Below, piece by piece: positions 22,611 through 32,402 of a stretch of 64,000 bases of DNA; position 1 is the stretch's first letter; every line of letters begins with the position of its first letter. The notes below the pieces were generated by a model. That model was not told the DNA's origin. It was given only the letters and a program-made list of their open reading frames with translations, and made no database searches. Source of the stretch: Marsupella aquatica. Its lineage: Eukaryota > Plantae > Marchantiophyta. The stretch is from NCBI GenBank assembly GCA_973895155.1, contig OZ316893.1:28344210-28408209 (forward strand). Direction: 5' to 3'. The position numbers and the translations under genes are program-made.

Positions 22611-24383
22611 CACTAGAAGAAAACCACCCATTCTGAGACCCTCCCCTATGTGACTTGTGCGAGACCTTCATAAATATGCGACTCCAAGTTTGTGGGTGTC
22701 ATGTTAGTTACATCATACCAACTAAGTTTTGGTGAGGTTGTGGGAAGTCATGCTTACAACTTTATCCAATGTCGCTATTGTAACACTAGTAAGTAAGAAA
22801 TAGGTAAGTTATGTTAGTTACTCCACAATAGTGCAATATGAATTGGACATCATTTTTTAAAATTCCGTCAGCATGCATACCCCATTAGCCAATTTCGGAT
22901 GCCAATCCCTAATATGCAACTCCCGGTGCAACTACATATTGCACACTCATGGTTCAATAAGTCCAAATATAATGGGTATAAATATGGGGGTTTTCATCAG
23001 AATGGTGGGTACTTTCACTTATAATGTGGATTCATACCTGACTATATTTGGCCTTGTTCTTGACCAAAGTGCACTCTCCCCACATTGAACTTTTTGCTAA
23101 GTCATTTGCATTGGTTCTTTTATGTCCAAACCAACCTGTTTGCTAAGTCACTCGATGGCTGCCCACATGTGAGGGGTACTACTTTCCCTCAGGGTCAGTG
23201 TACCTTGGAGGTTGGTTTTGCGAGAGATTTTGGGGGTACTACTTGCCCTAAGTGTTCAGGGTCAGTGTGCCGCAGAGGTTGGTTTTGCGAGGGAAATTGG
23301 GAGTCGACGACCTTCATTCCAGCTGCACTCTTCGCGAACTTCCTGCAGGGTCGTTTGAAAGTGTTTGAGCGCGACTGGACTTTAGGGTGCAAATGTGTTT
23401 AGGATTGGGCCTGCTACGAGCGTCAGTGTGGAGGTCTGCCAATCAGTTTTGAGGGGAGTCCATTGTCGCTTTTCAACCTGCTGGTGAGCTAAGCTGCTAT
23501 TGAGTTTCAAGTGAGAGCTGCCGACTTGGAGTTGAGCTCTACGAGGTGGTGCCTGAGTGTACATCTGCTCGACATACTTTTGGGAGCTCGTAGTTGGTAG
23601 GAGGGCCAAGTCATTGCACAAAAAGTTGCAGCCGTGACAGTGCAAACTAGCTAGGCGGAGGCTGGTTACTGCAAGCAAGGCGGAGGATCACTGCGAGCTA
23701 GGTGGAGGAATGCTGCGCTGCTTCACATTGTGAAGAGACATGCTGCATCGGCCCAAGTAAGGTTGCATTGACCTATCTATCTCTATGTCTATAAGGTCCT
23801 AACCGATAGTCTGCTTAGTGAGGTCCTGCTTTAAGCTACATTTGTGCGATTGATTGTGTCCTCAGAAGCTTAACCATCACATGGGGGAACGGTAGCGAGA
23901 AAGGAGGGGTGGAGCCTGATGGTCGCCAAATATTCAAACAGGGTCGCCTTGCTCGATATTGGTCTCATTGTTTTTTGCTACGGTGTGAAGGCGGCGGAGC
24001 TTCTAGTCTGACCTTTGAGTGACTTGCGGTGAGCTTCTAGTGTGGCTATTGAGGTCGACTGACCTGCATTGACCGAGCTGATCAACCTACTGAGCTGCCA
24101 TTGGGAGTTGGAGGTTGTGTTGCGTTCAATTTTGGAGTCGGGAGGCTAAATGCGATAGCTCTGTTCCGGGCTCTGTTCAGCTAATGCAGACGTTTCTGCT
24201 CAGGAGACGAGGTAAAATCTATCGACCTTCAAGCTGTTGTGAGGTTCATTGAAGAGGGAGGTTGAATGCCTAGCGCTATGAGGTGAGGAAAGAGAGTATG
24301 GCCAAGCTGCATCTTTAGGGGTTTTGCTTCAGCTTTGACCATCTTTCATCGTCGTAATCGCTGCTCTCGCCTATCGCTACATG

Positions 24384-25428
24384 GCGGATTGCTGCTCTGC
24401 CCTTTTGGCATGGGTCGCCGGCCTGCTGGATGCTATCTCCAGTTTAAAAACAAGTCATATCCTAAGTCCCGGTGTTGCAGTAGTGTCCCCGACTCTAAGA
24501 TGGAACAGAGTATCATCTTTCTTGTTTCCTGCTGCTGCTGATGTATGTCTATTCTCCCCTATTTTTGCTTACTGATTGGTCTCTCCACGCTTCTTGCTTG
24601 ACTTGCTGCTTCCTTCAATCCCCTATCGCGGACTCACCTCGTGGCTGCAAGTATAGTTGTCTAGGTGATGTATGCATTGCGTGTTTAGGGTCTAGGTGAC
24701 ATCGCTGCTGAGCAAAATTCGCGAGCTGCCTAGGTCCATTGCCGAATGCTGCTTCCTTCAATCGCCAGGTGCCTGCTGTTACAATTGCCTACTCAATCAT
24801 GCACCCAATCTCCTGGAGCTCATTCGCCTAGAGCTTCATCCGTCAGATTCAAACTATTATTGGACCTCCCTGTTGCCCGAAGTGTATACACTCCTAGCAT
24901 TGTCGTCCCAAACTGCAAAACGCTTCTCCCTGTTCTGTCCTCGTGCTTCACTATTTGTATTCAGGTGTTTTTATCAGTTTCAGAGGGGAGGTCATTGTTT
25001 CTGCAAGTTGTTGGTGAGCTAAGCTTCCGCTGTGTGTAGGTTTAGGGAGTTGCGCGTGCGAGCTAACGACTTGGACCTGAGGCCACAATCTTTTAGGGAG
25101 CTTGGAGTGGAAGCCGACAACTTGGAGCGGGACTTCAACTTGCTATTACTAGCTACCTTGGACAAAGGTGACAGTCAGTAGCGCAAAGGTGAGACTCGGT
25201 AGTTTTAGCGGATTGTTGCTCTGCCCTTTTGCCATGGGTCGCCGGCCTGCCGGATGCTACTAGCAGATTAAGAACAACTCATATCCTAAGTCCCGGTGTT
25301 GCAGTGGTGTCCCCGACCCTAAGATGCCACCCAAAATCATCTTTCTTGTTTCCTGCTGCTGCTGATCATGTATGTATGTTCTCCCCTATTTTTGCTTACT
25401 GATTGGTCTCTCCACATTTCTTGCTTGA
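24384..25428 (+). repeat. Dispersed ~220-bp direct repeat inside the CACTA (24384..~24601 and 25208..~25428)
   Basis: gcggattg(c/t)tgctctgccctttt...tcctaagtcccggtgttgcagt...ttctcccctatttttgcttactgattggtctctccac occurs twice with moderate divergence. Confidence 0.85.
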
Positions 25429-27268
25429 CATGACTATTTTGCTCCTCCCTGTATCAGAACATGCCTTGTGCCCCGTGCTCTGGCAATGGGGTGGGGGGCT
25501 GAACAGACGGCCTTAAGGTCCACTAAATTTATAGGAACCGTGCAATCGTTCAGCTGATTTTAGCAGCAAGTTCCCTTGCTTTCCCCTATTTTTGCTAAGA
25601 TCCCTCCCCACTAATCACATGCATCCTTTACTTTTCTCGGTGGCCCGTGCACCTGCCTTCCTACTTTCGTTCTTATGGACTTTCCTTAGGTTTTCTTTCA
25701 CCTGATTTTGGACTTTTTGCTCCGGTGGAATCTGTCTTGACAACTTGTGTTTGTTCTAATTGTTAATATCTCAAGAGGGTCGTCAACTAAGCTCACAGGA
25801 GTCAAAGCTAACTACAAGCTAGCAAATAGGGAGAATGCTCCCAAGTCGAGTCAGGAGGAAGTTACTAAAACTAGACCTTCAGAACTCTCGAAACTGGAAA
25901 GTGAAATTCAGCCTGAGACACGCAGCTGAAGGCCACAAGGATAACTATATGGCCACGCTGTCCCTCATTCAAGTCCAAAGTCCTCTTCAGATTGTCTGAA
26001 CTCCTATCTGAACTCCTGAACTGGATGAAGTCCTGTCTGAATGTGAAGTTCAGATTGGCAATCTCAAATGGCAAGTTCTGAACTCTTGTCTGAACTTCAT
26101 CCACCCTTCTAAACTGGGATTTGTGCTACGTGTATAGACTCCACATTGTTGCTTCTCCCTTTCGGGCCAGCCCTCCTTGTGAAACGTAGGAGCACGATCA
26201 TGGCACTTACACATAGTCTGACATTCAAAAAATGTTACTTCTCAGCAGCATGTTTCGAGTAGTTTGCCTGTGTGTTGAGCCCGGGGTTGAGCCTAATTAT
26301 TTGTTTATTGCTTTAGTAACATGCATGGCCAATTGGTTTCTCTTCATGTAAAGGCAAGTTTTTGAAACTTACTACTTGAATTGGTGGTTTGAATTTAGTT
26401 AAGTGTTGAGAAATTAGCATTCACACTAACTATTTTTCTTTTGTGATTGAGTTCTCTTTGCTATTGAATGTATTGAATAATTATTTCATCACAGAAATTT
26501 TCAGAACAAACACGGAAGCACCAGGGGGCTGAGGATTGGATATTGAGGCTGAAGACATTGAGGTAATAAACTGGGTGTGGTTCGGGTGACAATGTTAGCA
26601 ACTGGTGCTTCTTCAGGGGAACTTCCCATGTGCAAAATATCCACACATGATTGACTTTGGTTCTTGCTGTTTTTCTTTTGGTGTACTCTTCAGTTTGGTG
26701 TCACTCTATCCTTTCTTGTAGCCTCGAAATAGGAACACACCTGCTTAGTGGTCCCCAATTGCCCAATGATTTATAATGACTGTGTCTAGGCGATGTATGC
26801 ATTGCGTGTTCATTCCAGAAGAATGAATATGTACACTTTGCACAAACCTGGACAGATTTTGAATGTTATTTATCTGAGTTTCTGTTTGTGAGCTCTGACT
26901 TGGAGCCTTAACATTTGTGTTTTTGTGGGGCTGAGCAGAGTTTGTTCCGTCCAGAAGCTGCTGTACTGAAGTGATCGGCCTCCGGCTTGGAGGTGAATCT
27001 TCAATTTTTTGTGGATCCGAGTGACTTCTGTCCAGCTGAGTTTTGCTTTGTCGGGACGATTGTGTTTGGCTAAGATGCTAGATTGTGGCTTGTCTTCTTG
27101 CTTCCAGCTTGTGTATATTCAATTAATAGAAGTTGGGAACGAGGTGATAATTGAATTTCCTTATATTAAGCATCTTGACCTAGAAACTCAATACATAAAC
27201 TCCTGGAGTCCCTCGGGACATAAAATGAGCCAAATTGTTTCAAAATTGGGAACCTACACCCGCACTAC

Positions 27269-27608
27269 TCAAACAAATGTGTTGGGCTTGGTGGCCTTGT
27301 AAGTCGTCTTTAGCTTTCGCGATGGAGGTTGAATCTTGCGGTACGTCAAGGGGAACTTGATCTTTGAATCATGGAACTGCTTGGTACTTTCTCGCTTGCA
27401 CAGAGAGACAGGGACTGTCGTAGTCTTGATGATCTGGATGCAAGGGAACCGAACTCTATGACAAGAAGCCATCTCATCATACATCTGCTGTGTGGTTGTT
27501 TAATGTGGTATCACAATATTTCTTGTACATGTTGGGATAACCTGTACAACTCTGATACCTCACCCAGATACCAAAGTTCTTAATTGTGGTGGGCTTCTTT
27601 TCGAAGAT
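27269..27608 (-). pseudogene. RPL18A: Captured last exon of 60S ribosomal protein L18a (eL20), decayed
   Basis: AG acceptor, then [37 protein letters not shown]/[frameshift]/[22 protein letters not shown]...[17 protein letters not shown]...[19 protein letters not shown]. Several conserved Arg changed to Cys. Confidence 0.92.
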
Positions 27609-28603
27609 CTGGTAGACACATTATTCAGCATTTGCTAACTTCGAAACTAGAAGGGTAACACATTAAACAACAGAGAAACTCACAACATCCTCCTTTGGTC
27701 CTTCAGAGTCTGTACTTTGATTATGAAGTTTGATTGAGTTTCTGTTTACTGAAAGAATGTGACTGTGTAAGAGTTCCGTTTGGCAGTGGATTGGTTGAAG
27801 CACTTCATGCTAGTGTGTTGTCCACAGCTCTTCAACCAGCTTTCGTCTTCCTTGTCTTTCACCACTTACGATGACATCAATTCAGCTAAGACCATAGAAG
27901 GTTCCAAAGCATCTAACTTGTAAAATCGCATTCTGTTACATCAAGGACTAAGGTGTTGGGTGCCAAAGGAGACAGCACAACAAACACGCTGAAAAGACTT
28001 CAGGACTGGGTTCAACAAGGTAGTGAAGGTGCTTAGAGCCATAGTAAGTATGCATTCTGTATTTTTCTCTGTTGATGTGAGCTTGTGCATAATGGGAGTT
28101 GTAGTTGGCAAGAGTTCCAAATATGAATAGATCCAGAAGTATGTGATCATGTACTTGCTCTATAAAGTTCTGAAGATATAAGCATTTTCTGTTAGACCAG
28201 GCAACTTGGGAGTTGGTAAGTGTCACCTGCATCTGAGGGGCTACACCGGGGGCATCAGTGGAGGTTCACTTGCACAACACGACAACCAGTGAATTTTCTC
28301 TCTGCTGCAACCTGCAAGGTGAGACTTTCGGTCTTTCTGGATGAAAAAACAGGATTTTAATACGATTGATATACATGTCCATCGAGAATATGGGTTTATC
28401 ACCAAGCTCTTTGTCTTAGGAAACTCATAAACTCAGAATCAAATATGTACTATGCACGTTTCATGCTATGTGTATACTATGACCTGTAGTTGAGTGGGAA
28501 CTGATTAGTTTAGGTGGTTGCTGTTGGCGAGGCAAGTCGACCTCCTGCTCACCTTGCTCATCAAAGGACGTGAACAGAGGACATCACAACAAAAGCAACA
28601 CTT

Positions 28604-29053
28604 ATGGTGAGGACCCGCAACGCTGAACATGTGCGACTTGCACGCAAGGCAGAGATGTTGCGCCTTGAGTATGTCAGACTTGGGATCCTTCCAGCCCAGT
28701 CTGCATGGTACTTTGAGTACCCTGTTGTTTCCAGGAACAACTACAGCCGGCCTCTACTTGCTTCAGTACCCTTCCCGACATCCTTGGTATTTGTGTCTCT
28801 TGTACATGACCCGCCACAAATTAGGTGCCAAGGGTGTGTACACAGTTGCCAATATGACTGTCCTGCCTGTAGGGCTTCTGGCCCAGAATTGGATGACCGT
28901 TCTCTTGGATGCCGATTTTTGCATAGAGCACAATGTATCATTTGGAACCACTCGCCATCCTGCAGTGTGCCTGGTGATGTCACTTGTCCTGCCCTCCCAG
29001 ACCCCACCACCGGTGACTTTGGTGTCTACACATGTTTGGATCACATGCTCTAG
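28604..29053 (+). CDS. CACTA accessory ORF A, 149-aa Cys/His-rich putative metal-binding protein
   Basis: ATG-initiated ORF with basic MVRTR start, CQGC..SCQYDCPAC cluster and further C/H residues. Same strand as the other TE genes. An overlapping alternative frame (28629..29096) exists. Confidence 0.5.
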   Translation: MVRTRNAEHVRLARKAEMLRLEYVRLGILPAQSAWYFEYPVVSRNNYSRPLLASVPFPTSLVFVSLVHDPPQIRCQGCVHSCQYDCPACRASGPELDDRSLGCRFLHRAQCIIWNHSPSCSVPGDVTCPALPDPTTGDFGVYTCLDHML

Positions 29054-29668
29054 AGGACCACTTGTCACACCGCATGCACAGACCAGATACCATTGACCTA
29101 TAGCTTAACACTCTGACTTCAACACAGAGGATATTTACTTAAAATTTTGATGTATGAGCAATTTTGGGTCCAGGGTTTAGGGTCAACAGTATATAACTTA
29201 TATCCTATTATGCCTGCACTAAGCAAAATATCCTAATTTAAGAGGCTAGCAAACTCGCATAAAAGTCTCTATTGAAAGACTGCTTTCATGACTGCTTTAA
29301 CCTGGTGAACATTGCAACGTTGAATGAATTAATGGGCCATGTGATAATATGCAAAATGATTTATGCCTCACTTATTTGTCTCAGCCACTATCATAACCTA
29401 TTTAGGATGTATAAATTTCAACCCTTATGACACTGCTTCATACCAATCCTCTTCGAAGAATGCCTGTTTTACATGTCACGACTATTGTATGTGATTCAAA
29501 TGCATGAAATGTTGTTGCAGATCTCCTTTGGTGAATCATAGCCACAATTAAAATTGAGGTGTTGGTGGAGAAATTGTATTAGGGGATCAGTTTTGTGTGT
29601 GGGCTCAACATACCAAAAGTATGTGTGCTCTGCATCCTTGTGTGGCCATTCCAATTCATTGCAGTAGC

Positions 29669-29812
29669 AAATGCCTTTGTACCTTAAATGCTAAATATAT
29701 TTTACTTTCTGTGCAGTCTGCTAAATTGTAGAGTCTATCTAAATGCCTTTGTACCTTAAATGCTAAATATATATTACTTTCTGTGCAGTCTGCTAAATTG
29801 TAGAGTCTATCT
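29669..29812 (+). repeat. 72-bp tandem duplication upstream of the PHD ORF
   Basis: aaatgcctttgtaccttaaatgct...gagtctatct at 29669 and 29741. Confidence 0.95.
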
Positions 29813-29823
29813 CATGCGCAGGC

Positions 29824-30504
29824 ATGGCACGGCCTAAAATTCAAGCCAAAAAGCGTGTGACAGAGGTGAGAAACACAGGTGTACTTGGGGCAGATGCTAC
29901 TAACTTCTCTGCAAGTCAGATTTTCCAGAAGGCAGCTCATTGTTGTGCCATTTGTGACGATGGTGGGGGCCTGGTCATTTGTGAGGGCCCTTGCATGAGG
30001 CATTTCCACCTCAACCCGGAGTCTGACCTTGCTGCAGAAAACAACTGTCCAGGGGTGGGCCTCCCGTCAACACACCAGGGAGACTGGATGTGCACTGATT
30101 GTTTGGAGAAGCAGGCTAAGTGTGCACAGTGTGGGAAGTTGGGGTCCTATGAGGGCTCTGTTGATGCTGCAGCAAATGTTAGGAAATGTCCAGACCGTTT
30201 TTGTGTGAGATTTTTCTGTTTTGAGTGTTTGCCTGCTCATGCCACAGCTTGCCCACTTCATAGGTGCAAGGCATGTGGTGAGCATGATGATGACTACTGG
30301 ACTGACATAGTCCACTGTGCTAGGTGTCCCACTATGTGGCACTATCATTGCCTGAAAGATCATCAAGCAGAGGGTTATGCTTGTGACAGAGAAATCTATG
30401 ATCACTCTGCACATGGTGTTGATCGATGGATATTTTATTGTCATCGCCATGCCATTGATCCTACCTCGCGCACTCCTGTGAGAGATCACATATCTTGGCT
30501 GTGA
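29824..30504 (+). CDS. CACTA accessory ORF B, 226-aa EDM2-like composite PHD-finger protein
   Basis: CAICDDGG..CEGPCMRHFH...C..C; CAQCGKLGS...; CPLHRCKAC...CARCP.MWH..CL; C-terminal IFYCHRHAIDPTSRTPVRDHI. Parallels the EDM2 PHD region as recalled (CAICDNGG..CEG.CLRSFH...CPLHKC..C...CRRCP.SYH.KCL...IYC.EHEID....TPVRDHV). Confidence 0.9.
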   Translation: MARPKIQAKKRVTEVRNTGVLGADATNFSASQIFQKAAHCCAICDDGGGLVICEGPCMRHFHLNPESDLAAENNCPGVGLPSTHQGDWMCTDCLEKQAKCAQCGKLGSYEGSVDAAANVRKCPDRFCVRFFCFECLPAHATACPLHRCKACGEHDDDYWTDIVHCARCPTMWHYHCLKDHQAEGYACDREIYDHSAHGVDRWIFYCHRHAIDPTSRTPVRDHISWL

Positions 30505-31096
30505 AGCTGAACATTGTACATGCACAGTGCACCTGATGTGGATGTACTATTTTTTGAGATTGCAGAGATTCCAATTTTGAAAAGGAGTTGGGTAGGCGAG
30601 TTTATATAGGCAGCACTTATCTTGTGCTCTGGCGTCAGTGGCTGGGTACATGCCTATACAAACTTATCCTTACAAGCCTTCTTGGAAGTATTTAGGCTGA
30701 GTGGTCATTTTCATAAACACTTTCATCACACTGCTAAATTAAAACAGGACTTCTAAGTTGTAAGCGTATAAATTATCAGGCATGCAATTAATCAAATTGC
30801 CCTATAAGTTTGTCATTGAATGTATCCTCCTTTACAACAAAATATGTATGTGCCATGACAAGTTGGTTGCACTTCATTTCACCACGGATATGGATTTTGT
30901 AGTATATATTCAAACAATGTCCTGCATCCGTGCAGGTGCCTAGTACGTATTGTTCACATATCCCTTGTACCTATCAAAATCGGACCTGAGCACCAGTGGG
31001 CCAGATCAACTCAAAAAGCAGGAATTTTGTTGTCCTTGTATTGTCAGGTGAACCCATTCTTCCAAAATTCACTGTCATCACGTAGGGTGTGTGTAC

Positions 31097-31969
31097 ATGG
31101 AGCCTGGTAAACGTAGAAAGTGTGACCACCCAGCAGTGTTTACAGGGGTCAGAGCGATTTTGGTCCATGGCCAGCATGGGTTGACCAAAGTGCATTGGCC
31201 AACTGTACAGAAACGATTCTCTGAGCTCCATGGCACTGTAGTTCAGGACATCACTCCAGAGACTACACATGTTGTTGCAGGGACATGGCTATCAGTGATA
31301 AAGAAGTGGTCATGGTCCTACATGAATTCTGCAATTACTAAGCAAGGCCTAAAAGTAGTTGAGGCCTCTTGGATCACAGATTCCATAGCACATAAGATTG
31401 TACAGGATACTGAGCAATATGAGTTGTGGGAGGATGAAGAAGCTACTGCATCAGCTTGGGCTGAACAAGAAGTCTGGGAAGCAAAGGCACGGCTTGCTGA
31501 TCTCCAATATGGACCTGTACTCAACAAAGGACAGAGCTCTACAAGGCTGAAGAGTATGTTGGCTGAGGAGACGAAGCAACCAACCCCCATTCTGAAAGGG
31601 CTGAGCATGGTATTTGTGGAGGCGGGAATTGGAGAGGTTAAGTGCAAAGTGTACAAGTCCACAGTGCTTGACCTAGGTGGGACAGTGGAGGAGAATATAA
31701 CAGAGGACACCACTCATGTCATTACTAAGTCATATCCCAAAGCCTGCCGCAAGTTTGGGAAGGGAGACATTCGCTTTTATGTCATGTCCCATAATGTGTT
31801 TGTGGTTTCATATGCTTGGCTTGTGGAATCAGTAGCAGCTGGGAAGCGTCAAAACCCAATGGACTATGATCTTTTTGAGGCCTGGCCACGGAAGGGTCAG
31901 GATCCTTACAGAGAGGACTATGAGACAACAAGTGAGGAATGGGTCATTAGCGATTCTGAATCAGAGTGA
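31097..31969 (+). CDS. CACTA accessory ORF C, ~290-aa tandem BRCT protein (Pol lambda-like BRCT x2)
   Basis: Two internal repeats with BRCT hallmarks: F.G.....V ... (H/G)GTV..ITxxTTHV ... VVxxxW(I/L)x(D/E)S ... Y(E/D)L. First ATG at 31097. Basic KRRK start and acidic tail. Confidence 0.88.
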   Translation: MEPGKRRKCDHPAVFTGVRAILVHGQHGLTKVHWPTVQKRFSELHGTVVQDITPETTHVVAGTWLSVIKKWSWSYMNSAITKQGLKVVEASWITDSIAHKIVQDTEQYELWEDEEATASAWAEQEVWEAKARLADLQYGPVLNKGQSSTRLKSMLAEETKQPTPILKGLSMVFVEAGIGEVKCKVYKSTVLDLGGTVEENITEDTTHVITKSYPKACRKFGKGDIRFYVMSHNVFVVSYAWLVESVAAGKRQNPMDYDLFEAWPRKGQDPYREDYETTSEEWVISDSESE

Positions 31970-32402
31970 GGAGTAGTAGCATCAGTTTGGACACAAGTTT
32001 TTTTGTATAAATCAGATCATTGAAATAAATGTGATCTTTGAACTAATGTACCTTGTTATGGTTGGTGGCAGTTGGGCTTATTTTACTGTTGGCGGATTGT
32101 TGTTTCCTGCTGCCTGGGGGTGTCACTGTAAACGTACATGCAGAGGCGGTACATTTGAGGACAGCGGAGGAGGTGGTGACACCCTCCAACATTTAGAAAT
32201 TTTGTGTCATTCACTTGACAATAGGTACACTACTTGCGAACCTGTTTTTTTCTTTTGGGGTGGTTTAGGGTTTGTGAGAATTTAGTACACGTTATGTTAA
32301 CTCTTTTGGCAGATACAGTCAGGGATATATGGAACACAAATACCACCATTAGGCATCCTTGTTCACTGCTGTCCATGACTGCAGAGCTCCCAGCCTGTTA
32401 CA

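Noticed and set aside
19627-22671. Pro/His-rich extensin-like ORFs on the minus strand (also 40667-41143)
   Set aside because: Artefacts of the C-rich strand of the 121-bp satellite; the frame shifts with every monomer.
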